In this document: piece after piece, positions 28,667-37,833 of the stretch
Layout: each line of letters opens with the position of its first letter
Numbering within the stretch: position 1 is the first letter of the stretch
NCBI GenBank assembly: GCA_035506195.1
Contig: DATJPV010000030.1
Span: 22,662-86,661, forward strand
DNA length: 64,000 nt
Reading direction: 5' to 3'
Source: Patescibacteria group bacterium
GTDB taxonomy: Bacteria > Omnitrophota > Gorgyraeia > Gygaellales > Profunditerraquicolaceae
Notes under the pieces: model-generated
The model's input: the letters and a program-made list of their open reading frames with translations, nothing else
What the model was told of the DNA's origin: nothing
Database searches by the model: none
Made by a program: the position numbers and the translations under genes

Positions 28667-30040
28667 TCAACTCCGGCTGCGCCGGAGTCGCAGCCGCGCG
28701 AAAAAACGAGCCAATCCAACGATGCCGATACCGGACAGGCTGATCAACGCCGGTAAGACCGGAACGCTGTAGCGCGGTTCCACATGCAGCGGCAGAAAGA
28801 CAACGGTCAGGTAGGCGCACAGGAGCGCAACCGGAGCCATCAGGTAGGCGCGGCGGCCCTTGCGGCCAAACACGTAAGCACACAGCGCAGTCGCGCAATA
28901 CACCAGCATCAATACGCCGGAAGGTTCCGGATCCCGGTACATGGGTATGCGGTTTTGATACCACAGGCGGGGAACCTTGAGGATCCAAAGCTTTAGAGTC
29001 TCCTGAGGCCTCCTCAAAAGCCTGCGCAATGCCAGGTGCGCATACCGGCGGTCTACGGAGGCCATCTCGTCGATGGTGCCGCTTTCCAGCATCTTCAGAT
29101 GGACGCGGCGTAAGGCAACGAACCCCTGCCTGTCTGCTTCGTCTATATATTCGATCATCTCGGGGATGCGGTTCCACCCGCGCCAATGGGCAGCGTCGAT
29201 ACAGGTGCCGAAATACAGGCTTTCTCCGATGCCTCCGGTCGAAATAAGCACGGGCCTTTTAAAGATCAGGTAATTCCTCGCCGACCAGGGCAGCACAAGC
29301 AGCGCCACGCCCAGGGCATAGGTTGCCGCCCAGCGCAGTGCAACCTTGATATCGCTCCTGGCGCTGCATAGCAAAAACCCCACGAATACGAACACAAAAA
29401 GCACGTATTCCGGCCGGGACAGCAGCACCAGCCCGAAGAGAACGCCGGAGCCAAAAAACCAGCGGCTGTCCCTTTTGCGCATACCGGCCACCGCAAAGAG
29501 GACAAAGGCAGAAAGCAGGAATGTGGTCAGTATCTCCGACAGCAAGACCCGGGTGAAGTAGATGCTGTAGGGGCAGATGCTGTAGAGCCCCGCAGAAATC
29601 AGGGGCATTATCAGCGACCCCGGATAGATGACCCTGACGATAAAAAATACCAGCACACAGCAGGCCGTATCAAGAAAACACTGCGCCAGGCGGACCTTAT
29701 CCCACATCCGGTGCCAGGTATAGACCGAGAGGCTATCCGACGGATTATGAAAGAGCGCAAAGACCGCTGCCATAAAAAACGGATATGCCGGGCCACGGCT
29801 GAAAGCAGGCGTATACGCGACCGTACCCTTGAGCCGGTCGTATTGGTCTACCGCAAAGCCTTTGCCTGCGTACATATTGCAGGCCAAAGTATTATAGAGG
29901 AAGGAATCGACAAAGGTGCCCAGACCGAAGTTGCCCTCTTCGGGGACGGCGATCAGCGCATGCACCCGCAACAGGAAGCCCAGGCATACGACCACAGCCA
30001 GTCCCATACCGGAAATCACCAGACGCCTGCGGCCCGTCAT
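28667..30040 (-). CDS. GT-C fold (PMT/ArnT-like, family 39-like) membrane glycosyltransferase
   Basis: Multi-TM; D-x-x-x-Y-x-x-LA-x-N motif, RGPAYPFF, LLSE, LSRP, PWSARNY, EPRY. Confidence 0.8.
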   Translation of the reverse strand: MTGRRRLVISGMGLAVVVCLGFLLRVHALIAVPEEGNFGLGTFVDSFLYNTLACNMYAGKGFAVDQYDRLKGTVAYTPAFSRGPAYPFFMAAVFALFHNPSDSLSVYTWHRMWDKVRLAQCFLDTACCVLVFFIVRVIYPGSLIMPLISAGLYSICPYSIYFTRVLLSEILTTFLLSAFVLFAVAGMRKRDSRWFFGSGVLFGLVLLSRPEYVLFVFVFVGFLLCSARSDIKVALRWAATYALGVALLVLPWSARNYLIFKRPVLISTGGIGESLYFGTCIDAAHWRGWNRIPEMIEYIDEADRQGFVALRRVHLKMLESGTIDEMASVDRRYAHLALRRLLRRPQETLKLWILKVPRLWYQNRIPMYRDPEPSGVLMLVYCATALCAYVFGRKGRRAYLMAPVALLCAYLTVVFLPLHVEPRYSVPVLPALISLSGIGIVGLARFFARLRLRRSRS

Positions 30041-30049
30041 TGTCGGCCT

Positions 30050-32233
30050 CTAGACTAGTGGGTCCATATGCAATGCCGGATGGTCTACTTTCTGCAAAAA
30101 GGCCAGCAGCTCTTCGGAGCTGGTAGCCTGCGTTTCATCCGCGATCTTATCCAGAAGATCCGGTTCGCCTATGTCGCCGGCGACCTTGCATATTTTATCG
30201 TGGAGAAGTTCTTTGAGTTCCTTGGGCATCCAAACCAGCCGCCGCAAGCCCCCCTCGGCAGCGATGAACTTTTTGCTGACGACGTAAAGCTTGCCTACCC
30301 CCAAGAAACCGGGGGTCTGTACGCCGCCGCCCACAGAGCCGGCCAGTGTAGTAAAATTCATCCCGCAGGGCGTCATCCCCGTGTAATCGCGATGCACCAC
30401 CATCACGCCGCCTGCCTCCGGCACGATGGCCACTATGCACTCAAAACAGCCACAGGATGACTGCGGAGAATCCATCAGGGAGTACATGCTTACCTTCTCG
30501 ATGGTCTTGTTCGATTTGCCGTAGAGAAAATCATTGACGTTTTGCCACTGGCCTAAGCGCGCGTCGAGGGTTTGGCCTTTCAGGATGGGCTGATTAGGGC
30601 CGGTAGGGACGATCTCGTAGGAGGCCTTGGCGTCAAGCCAGGAATACGCGCCGCACAGGCCCAGGCGTTCCGGCGTAATGATACAGACATGATTGGGCGC
30701 AAACGACTGGCACAAAAGGCAGGAGTAAAAGGTATCCACGTTTTCATCGGTCATTCCGCTGATGCGCTCATCGCGCGCATCATAGGTCTTTTGGGCTTCT
30801 TTGAGCAAGCGCTCCACGTCCGCCTGTACCGTATAGAACTTGATCTGGACCTTATCAACGATTGCGCTGTACTCCTGGTGCAACATGGCATGAAGGATCA
30901 CGCCGATATCCTTAAGGCGGAACCCTTTTTCAAAGGTGTCTTTGGAGATCCTGATCCAGTTCATATCGCGCTGGCCGACATGCATGATACCCATCGCGTA
31001 ATTGACGAAACGGTGGATCTGGCGTTCAAGGATCGGCTCAAAATCTTTCTGCATCTTCCGGCCGGCGACTTCGACGACGATCGCCAGCGGCATCGACTTC
31101 TTGCCTTTCTCGAGCCGGTCGATATCGTTGCCGATGATCTCGGTCTTGCCGTCCTCGACCTGATCGCCGGGTTTTGTGGTCAAGTATTCGAATGCGCATC
31201 CGCCCTTGCCTCCGAACTCGACGTAAAGGTTCTCCTTACGGACGCGCTCTCCCTCAAACGCCGCTGCATAAGGGACCGGTATATCGATATTGGTCACTTT
31301 CACTTTCAGGCCGCGCGTCTGAATGCAAGTAGCGGCCAATTTCTTATAGTCTTTTTCGGTAACGAGGGCCTCGTAAAGGGTCGTGTCGATCTTGGGCAGC
31401 TGCGGGACTTCCAGGTCCGTGATAATGGGGAATCCCATGGCCAAGACGCCCAGACCGGTAGCGACCAATACCTCGTCAACATGCCCCAGCAGCACCACAA
31501 ATGCCGGGACCTTTTCCTTCGTATAGCTCAATATCTCCTGCCACTGGCCGCTCTTGTAACCGCCGTACATTAAAGGCGCACGGACCGCCCAGTTGACCGC
31601 GTAGATTGCCGATAAATAATCGTCTCCCAGCGGCACGATGTAATCTTCAAGGCCCATCTCTACTTTTTTATTCTCCAGTTGCTTACGCAATGAATTGCCG
31701 TTGACGTTGCCTACCAGTATGCTTACGATGCTCTTGCTCTGCAGGTCCCGGATCAGCTGGACCGCGGCGTCTTCGTCCTTGGCCGGCCCCAGGATGACCG
31801 CAATGCCCACGATCCTTCCGTCAACCAGCTGTATCCCCAAAGAACGCAGCAGCGTATCCGACAAAAAACCTGCGTAACCGGCCTGCGGGTGTTCGTTATG
31901 CAGATACTTAAGCGCGGCCAGTATCTCTTCGCACAAAAGCGTTGCCAAGCCGCGGTTAAGGATCCCCCCCAGGGAATCGATCTTCAGGCCGCTTGCAGCA
32001 GCTTTATTCAGGCTGATCTTCTCGATCTCTTTCAAGACCAGGGCGCAATCGCCCAGGGTCTTGGCTTCCACTTTTAACAAGGCGTTGATAAGCGGCAGAT
32101 AATAGTTGGTCTGGCCGAAGCCGATTGCCTGCGATGCCCCCTTCTCCTTGATCGCCTCGTCTATGGCCTGGCGAGTGATCTTTAATACGGCATCGGCGCC
32201 TTGAGTACCTAGCTTGACTAACAACTCTGACAT
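30050..32233 (-). CDS. acsB: CO-methylating acetyl-CoA synthase (bacterial AcsB)
   Basis: A-cluster ligands YSCLLCQSFAPNHVC...PERLGLCGA and SCGCFEC; AFEGERVRK; DFEPILERQIH; GGGVQTPGF; 727 aa with N-terminal domain. Confidence 0.96.
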   Translation of the reverse strand: MSELLVKLGTQGADAVLKITRQAIDEAIKEKGASQAIGFGQTNYYLPLINALLKVEAKTLGDCALVLKEIEKISLNKAAASGLKIDSLGGILNRGLATLLCEEILAALKYLHNEHPQAGYAGFLSDTLLRSLGIQLVDGRIVGIAVILGPAKDEDAAVQLIRDLQSKSIVSILVGNVNGNSLRKQLENKKVEMGLEDYIVPLGDDYLSAIYAVNWAVRAPLMYGGYKSGQWQEILSYTKEKVPAFVVLLGHVDEVLVATGLGVLAMGFPIITDLEVPQLPKIDTTLYEALVTEKDYKKLAATCIQTRGLKVKVTNIDIPVPYAAAFEGERVRKENLYVEFGGKGGCAFEYLTTKPGDQVEDGKTEIIGNDIDRLEKGKKSMPLAIVVEVAGRKMQKDFEPILERQIHRFVNYAMGIMHVGQRDMNWIRISKDTFEKGFRLKDIGVILHAMLHQEYSAIVDKVQIKFYTVQADVERLLKEAQKTYDARDERISGMTDENVDTFYSCLLCQSFAPNHVCIITPERLGLCGAYSWLDAKASYEIVPTGPNQPILKGQTLDARLGQWQNVNDFLYGKSNKTIEKVSMYSLMDSPQSSCGCFECIVAIVPEAGGVMVVHRDYTGMTPCGMNFTTLAGSVGGGVQTPGFLGVGKLYVVSKKFIAAEGGLRRLVWMPKELKELLHDKICKVAGDIGEPDLLDKIADETQATSSEELLAFLQKVDHPALHMDPLV

Positions 32234-33126
32234 GTGGCCCTTCCTTTCTCAATGAGTGTAAGTATGTTTTGGGCAACCAGGGTCCCCTCTGCGCAGGCCT
32301 GATCCCAGCCCTTGTCGCAGGGGCCTTGAGCCTGCCTGACGCATACCGAACCGCAGGCAAATACATTCTCTAGATTAGTACGCATGGCGTCGTCCACGAC
32401 CACGTATCCTGCCGAAGTCGCGATCTCCGTCTCGCGCAAAAAATCCGTAGCGGGGGCGTTGTCTCCCGCAAAAACGGCAAGCGAAGCCCCGATGATCTTG
32501 CCGTTATCCAGCTTAACGGCTTGGAGCTCCCCTTCCCCGATAAACTCTTTGACCTGCACGCCGGCAATCAGCTCTATGCTCTGGTCTTGCGCGCAATCAA
32601 ACGGCTGCCGGCTGATGACTTTAACTTCCTTGCCCTTGGAGGCAATGGCCTGGGCAAGCTTGGCGCAAAGCGGCCGGCCTGCGATGACGCAGGCAACCTG
32701 AGAGATCATCAGCCTTTCCTTGATGCGCCGTATATCCTCAAGGCAATAGAAGGACAAGACGCCGTCCTTGCCCTTGCCGGGCACATCCGGCAAGGCCGGC
32801 CTGCTCCCCGAAGCGATGATCAGGTAATCGTAAGTTACCTTATCGTTATTTTTCAGCACCAGCCTCTGTTTCTTGGTATCCAGCCGCGATACTCCGGCGC
32901 CGGCGGCAAAAGTAATTCCCTTATCGCGGTAAAACCCTTCCTGGCATAAAAAAAGTTCCTTCTCTTTGATGTTGCCGAGAAAAAAGTCGGTTAACGCATT
33001 GCGATTATAGGCGGGGTATGATTCGTTGGAAACAACCGTTATCTCCGGGGAAACAGCACTGGCGGCTAATGCCTGACAGGCAGAAAAACCTGCAGCCGAA
33101 TTTCCGATAATGACGACTTTTGCCAT
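32218..33126 (-). CDS. FAD-dependent pyridine nucleotide-disulfide oxidoreductase-like protein with a degenerate NAD(P)-binding domain
   Basis: VVIIGNSAAG, YDYLIIASGSRP, VVVDDAMRTNLENVFACG; the second GxGxxG motif is missing. Confidence 0.8.
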   Translation of the reverse strand: MAKVVIIGNSAAGFSACQALAASAVSPEITVVSNESYPAYNRNALTDFFLGNIKEKELFLCQEGFYRDKGITFAAGAGVSRLDTKKQRLVLKNNDKVTYDYLIIASGSRPALPDVPGKGKDGVLSFYCLEDIRRIKERLMISQVACVIAGRPLCAKLAQAIASKGKEVKVISRQPFDCAQDQSIELIAGVQVKEFIGEGELQAVKLDNGKIIGASLAVFAGDNAPATDFLRETEIATSAGYVVVDDAMRTNLENVFACGSVCVRQAQGPCDKGWDQACAEGTLVAQNILTLIEKGRATCQSC

Positions 33127-33128
33127 AA

Positions 33129-33998
33129 TTAAAGCGCGCTTGCGTCTAATACGCGGGGTACTATCTTATCCCAACCTATGGGCATGATGTGGATGCCTTG
33201 GCAAAGCGGTTTTAACTCTTTGATCAGGCGGCTGGCGATCTCTACGGATTGAGCGACCTTGTCTTTGGTCTCTTCCATCTCTTTGATGAGGTTATCCGGG
33301 ACAAAGACGCCGGCGACGTTCTTGTTCATATACTTGGCCATGCCTGCGGATTTCAATAATACGATGCCGGCCATCACGGGGACTTTGAAGTGCCTTGTCT
33401 TTTGTACGAAGTTTTCAAAGGCCTTAACGTCATAGACCGCTTGGGTCTGGAAGAACTCCGCGCCTGCGGCGATTTTTTTCTCCATCTTCAATAATTGAGG
33501 TTCAAGGGGGTCCGCGCCGGGGTTGACCACTGCTCCCATGCAGTATTTCGGCAGGGCTCCTGTCAGCTTGTTGCCGTTCATATCCTGCCCCTGCTGCAAT
33601 TTCCCGACGACTTCCAGCAGCTGCACGGAATCAAGGTCAAACACGGGTTTGGCATCGGGATGGTCTCCCAGGACCGGATGATCCCCGGTCAGGATGAGAA
33701 GGTTCTCGATGCCCAGGGCAGCGGCCGATAGTATGTCGGATTGCAATGCCAGCCGGTTCCTGTCGCGGCAGGTGACCTGGAATATGGGCTCAAAACCGTT
33801 TTGCTTCAAGAGGCTGCACACCGCCAGCGACCCCAGGCGCATCACCGAACTCTGCAGGTCCGTCACGTTGATCGCATCCACGCGGCTGCGGATAAGCTCG
33901 GCGTCCTCCAGGAGCTGTTTAGTCTCGATGCCTTTCGGCGGGCCAATCTCCGAAGTTACCAAAAATTTTCCTGCTTGGATCTTTTCTTTGAAAGTCAT
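33129..33998 (-). CDS. metF: Methylenetetrahydrofolate reductase
   Basis: TSEIGPPKG, INVTD, TCRDRNRLALQS, LTGD, FFQTQ, GIHIM. Confidence 0.94.
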   Translation of the reverse strand: MTFKEKIQAGKFLVTSEIGPPKGIETKQLLEDAELIRSRVDAINVTDLQSSVMRLGSLAVCSLLKQNGFEPIFQVTCRDRNRLALQSDILSAAALGIENLLILTGDHPVLGDHPDAKPVFDLDSVQLLEVVGKLQQGQDMNGNKLTGALPKYCMGAVVNPGADPLEPQLLKMEKKIAAGAEFFQTQAVYDVKAFENFVQKTRHFKVPVMAGIVLLKSAGMAKYMNKNVAGVFVPDNLIKEMEETKDKVAQSVEIASRLIKELKPLCQGIHIMPIGWDKIVPRVLDASAL

Positions 33999-34013
33999 GT
34001 GCGCAAGCTCCGG

Positions 34014-34340
34014 TTATTTTTTAAAGATGAGGAAGACTGCAACGACGATCAGCGCAAAACCTGCGATATAATTCCAACGCAGGCTCTCTTTCAGATACAC
34101 TACCGAAAAAACGGAAAAAACCGCCAGGGTAATGACTTCCTGAATAGTCTTTAGCTGGGCGGCGGAAAACTGGTAATGCCCGATACGGTTTGCCGGGACC
34201 TGAAAACAATACTCGACGGAAGCGATCATCCAGCTTACCAGGATCGCGATCCACAAAGGCGAACTCTTGTACTTAAGGTGCCCGTACCAGGCGACGGTCA
34301 TGAAGATATTGGATACGAGCAAGAGGGCGACCGTCTTCAT
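34014..34340 (-). CDS. Small DMT-superfamily membrane protein
   Basis: SNIFMTVAWYGHLK, EYCFQVPANRIG, QLKTIQEVITL. Confidence 0.9.
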   Translation of the reverse strand: MKTVALLLVSNIFMTVAWYGHLKYKSSPLWIAILVSWMIASVEYCFQVPANRIGHYQFSAAQLKTIQEVITLAVFSVFSVVYLKESLRWNYIAGFALIVVAVFLIFKK

Positions 34341-35176
34341 CGCTGCGAAACCGCTGCCTCTACGACGTTACGCATGAGCATAGTGACCGTTAAAGGGCCG
34401 ACCCCGCCCGGCACCGGGGTGATCCAGGAGGCGCGTTTGGCTGCCTCTTCAAATTCCACGTCTCCGACTATTTTATCTCCCACGCGGTTGATACCGACGT
34501 CGATAACGACCGCGCCCTCCTTGATCAAGGTGCCTTTAATGAGGCCTGCCTTGCCTACGGCGACGATAAGGACCTCGGCCCTGGCGACGTGTTCCTCCAA
34601 TTTCTGGGCCTTGGAGGTACCGATATGGCAGACGGTGACCGTGGCGAGCTTCTCCAGCAACAACAGCGCCAGAGGCTTGCCTACGATTTCGCTGTGGCCG
34701 ACTACTACGACTTCCTTGCCGTATACGTCTATGCCCGTTTCCTTAAGCAGCTCCATGACCGCCGCGGGCGTACAAGGCAACATCGCGGCCTTGCCGAAGA
34801 CGATCTTGCCCATATTCGCCGGATGCATGCCCTCGATGTCCTTCTCGGGGCTGATAAACTGGCTTATCTTTTTGTAATCGATGTGGCCCGGCAGGGGCAT
34901 TTGGATGATGATACCGTTGACGCGGGCATCCGCATTAAGGTCGCGGATAAAGGCGGTCAGCCGGTCTTCGGTTGTTTCCTGAGGCAGCGTATGCAGGCGA
35001 TATTCGATCCCCAGGCCTTCGGCGGTTTTCTGCTGCGATTTTACATAGGCGGCTGCTCCGGCATTCTCGCCCACCATGACGCTGGCCAATACCGGCGCGC
35101 GGTCCAATGACTTGATCCTCTGCCTTATCTGTTCTTTGATCTTCTCGGCAACGGGCTTACCCTCTAATAATTTCAT
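34337..35176 (-). CDS. folD: Methylenetetrahydrofolate dehydrogenase (FolD family)
   Basis: GIIIQMPLP, KDIEG.HP, PCTP, VVVGHSEIVGKP, VIDVGINR, ITPVPGGVGPLT. Confidence 0.95.
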   Translation of the reverse strand: MKLLEGKPVAEKIKEQIRQRIKSLDRAPVLASVMVGENAGAAAYVKSQQKTAEGLGIEYRLHTLPQETTEDRLTAFIRDLNADARVNGIIIQMPLPGHIDYKKISQFISPEKDIEGMHPANMGKIVFGKAAMLPCTPAAVMELLKETGIDVYGKEVVVVGHSEIVGKPLALLLLEKLATVTVCHIGTSKAQKLEEHVARAEVLIVAVGKAGLIKGTLIKEGAVVIDVGINRVGDKIVGDVEFEEAAKRASWITPVPGGVGPLTVTMLMRNVVEAAVSQR

Positions 35177-35723
35177 CAACCCTCTCCTCTGTCTGTAGTC
35201 GTATCCTTTTTATCGCTTTTTCTTTGCGTGTCAATTCCTTCCTGACGGCACGGGCAAGCTTTTGGTCCCCTAATGACCTCAGATTTATTTCGACGTTAAA
35301 ATAACCGCTGACGAACGCAGACTCAAGAAGCACCGCCGCTACTGCCACATCGCTGATGAGGTTACGGTTGCCTTTGGTAATGAGGGCAGGGCATAACTTG
35401 ATCGCCTCAAAACAGAGCCGGGAAAGCATCAGGGGCACGTCCAGGGCCTGGCGCATATTTTTGCTCTGATACGCCACCACATCCAGATCCACCAGGTTAA
35501 GGAAGTCGCCGCGCAGCTTCTCGGATTCTTCCAGGATCCCGCATAGTTGCGCCTGGTACTTCTGGTATTTAGGTTTGCCCAAAGTAAAATTGACCACCAT
35601 ACTGATAAGCGAAACCCCCATGCAGGCGACAAGCGCGGCCGCAGAACCTCCGCCGGGAGCAGGCAGCTTTGCTGCCAGGTCGTCGGCGTACTTCTTCAAC
35701 GATTCATTCTGATATGTCGTCAT
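35157..35723 (-). CDS. fchA: Methenyltetrahydrofolate cyclohydrolase (FTCD C-terminal / FchA family)
   Basis: PAPGGGSAAA, SMVVNFT.GK, GNRNLISD, NVEINL; located between fhs and folD. Confidence 0.9.
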   Translation of the reverse strand: MTTYQNESLKKYADDLAAKLPAPGGGSAAALVACMGVSLISMVVNFTLGKPKYQKYQAQLCGILEESEKLRGDFLNLVDLDVVAYQSKNMRQALDVPLMLSRLCFEAIKLCPALITKGNRNLISDVAVAAVLLESAFVSGYFNVEINLRSLGDQKLARAVRKELTRKEKAIKRIRLQTEERVDEIIRG

Positions 35724-35750
35724 TGGACTCTCTTTAGGTTAAAGTTACGG

Positions 35751-37445
35751 TTAAGATAACCCTACGATATTCCCCTTCGTATCGATATCGATATTCTCTC
35801 CGCGCGGATGCGTAGGCAGTCCCGGCATGGTCTGTATCGCGCCGCACAAAGGCGAAAGGAACCCCGCGCCGATAAACGCGCGGATATCCCGGATCGGCAA
35901 GACAAAATCGCGCGGCCGCCCTTTAAGCTGCGGATCGGCCGATAAGGACAGGGGGGTTTTTGCCATGCAGATAGGAAGCCTATCCCAGCCGCGCCGGGTA
36001 TACAGCGCGATCTTGGCTTCTGCCGCCTCCGAATATTCGACTGAACCGGCCCCGTAGACCCGGGTCGCGATACGCTCGATCTTTTCCTTGATCGGCGCCT
36101 CCGGGGGATAAAGAAAGCTCATTTTCTTGGGCCCCTGCGTCAGCTTGATAACGCTCTTAGCCAGCTCCAGGCCGCCTTTTGACCCTTTTGCCCAGACTTC
36201 GCTTACCTGGCAGTCATCCGCCCCTGCCGCATGCGCTCGCTTTTTAAGCAGCGCGATCTCTTTTGCGCTGTCGGAATCAAACCGGTTAATCGCCACTACC
36301 ACCGGCACGCCGAACAACTTTACGTTCTCGATCTGTTTCTCTAGGTTACAGATGCCTTTTTCCAGCGCATCCAGGTTTTCCTGGCTGAGACATTTCTCCA
36401 GGGGCCTGCCGGCGACCACTTTGCAGATATCTCCGTGCGCTTTCAACGCGCGCACAGAACAGACCAGTACCGCTACGTCCGGCTTGAAACCGGCAATGCG
36501 GCATTTAATATCGAAGAATTTCTCGGCGCCGCAATCTGCGCCGAATCCTGCTTCAGTAACGACATAATCCGAGAGGGCCAGGGCGATCTTGTCCTGGATA
36601 ATAGAGCTGTTGCCGTGGGCGATATTCGCGAAGGGCCCGGTATGCACAAAACACGGCGTGTTCTCTATGGTCTGGATCAGGTTCGGCTCTATCGCATCCT
36701 TGAGCAACACGGCCATGAGGCCGGCGACCTTGATGTCTTCGGTCGTAACCGGCTGGCCGAGGTCGCTTTCCGCCAGTACGATACGGCCCAGACGCCGGCG
36801 CAGGTCTTTGCGGTCGCTGCTTAACGCCAGCACTGCCATTATTTCCGAGGCAGCGGTGATGTCAAAACCGCTGTCCCGGGCAATGCCGTCCTGGTCGGTA
36901 CCCAACCCGATCCTGACGTTACGCAAGAACCTGTCTCCGATATCCACGCAGCGGCGCCAATAGATCTTATTGATATCGATCTGGCATTTGTTCTTGCGGA
37001 ACAAGCAGTTATCCAGGAATGCCGCGGCTATGTTATGGGCCAGGCCTACCGCGTGGGCATCTCCGGTAAAATGCAGGTCGAAATCTTCACGGGGCAACAC
37101 CTGAGAATACCCCCCTCCCCCGGCGCTGCCCTTGATGCCGAAGACCGGGCCGAGAGAAGGCTGGCGCAGGCATGTCGAAGTAACTTTTCCAAGCCTGTGC
37201 AGGGCCATGGAGAGCCCAATCGTGGTAACGGTCTTTCCTTCCCCCAGAGGCGTAGGGGTAATTGCGGTCACCAGTACATATTTACCGCCACGCTTATGCG
37301 CAAGCCCGCCCAGGAGGGAAAGGTCGATCTTGGCGATGTAGTCGCCGTAGGGAATAAGGTATCTTTTGGGGATGCCGAGCATAGCCGCGATCCGCGCAAT
37401 AGGTTTCTTCTTTGCGGCCTGGGCTATTTTGATGTCGGATAGCAT
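35751..37445 (-). CDS. fhs: Formate--tetrahydrofolate ligase
   Basis: TAITPTPLGEGKT, RQPSLGPVFGIKG, LHFTGD, HTGPFANIAHGNSS, TEAGFGADCGAEKF, TMPGLP. Confidence 0.97.
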   Translation of the reverse strand: MLSDIKIAQAAKKKPIARIAAMLGIPKRYLIPYGDYIAKIDLSLLGGLAHKRGGKYVLVTAITPTPLGEGKTVTTIGLSMALHRLGKVTSTCLRQPSLGPVFGIKGSAGGGGYSQVLPREDFDLHFTGDAHAVGLAHNIAAAFLDNCLFRKNKCQIDINKIYWRRCVDIGDRFLRNVRIGLGTDQDGIARDSGFDITAASEIMAVLALSSDRKDLRRRLGRIVLAESDLGQPVTTEDIKVAGLMAVLLKDAIEPNLIQTIENTPCFVHTGPFANIAHGNSSIIQDKIALALSDYVVTEAGFGADCGAEKFFDIKCRIAGFKPDVAVLVCSVRALKAHGDICKVVAGRPLEKCLSQENLDALEKGICNLEKQIENVKLFGVPVVVAINRFDSDSAKEIALLKKRAHAAGADDCQVSEVWAKGSKGGLELAKSVIKLTQGPKKMSFLYPPEAPIKEKIERIATRVYGAGSVEYSEAAEAKIALYTRRGWDRLPICMAKTPLSLSADPQLKGRPRDFVLPIRDIRAFIGAGFLSPLCGAIQTMPGLPTHPRGENIDIDTKGNIVGLS

Positions 37446-37446
37446 G

Positions 37447-37827
37447 TTAATAGGTAAATTCCCGGCTTAATTCAAAAGCGCTCTTGATCAAGTCCAGCTT
37501 CAAAGAGCCCCCGTTATCCATGACGCTGACCACATCGAAGCGGGCCCTTTTATCCATTAACTTATGCGCCTTAAGATAAAAGAGGGCATTCTTGGAGATC
37601 TGCCTTTGCTTCTGCCTTGATACCGCCTCCTGAGGCAGCCCCTTTCGCGAAGAATGCCTGCTCTTTACTTCGATAAAGCAGAACGTATCCCCGTCCTGCG
37701 CGACGACGTCTATCTCCCCCAGGGGGGTGCGGTAATTTTCTGCGAGGATCTTGTATCCTTGTGCCTTCAGCAGCCCCACGGCGCTGTTCTCCCCGAGCTT
37801 GCCGAATATGACGTGCGCGTTGGACAT
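37447..37827 (-). CDS. yraN: YraN family (UPF0102) putative endonuclease
   Basis: GKLGE..A, GEIDVVA, FIEVKSR, RFDVV; follows rnhB. Confidence 0.92.
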   Translation of the reverse strand: MSNAHVIFGKLGENSAVGLLKAQGYKILAENYRTPLGEIDVVAQDGDTFCFIEVKSRHSSRKGLPQEAVSRQKQRQISKNALFYLKAHKLMDKRARFDVVSVMDNGGSLKLDLIKSAFELSREFTY

Positions 37828-37833
37828 GGCTTC

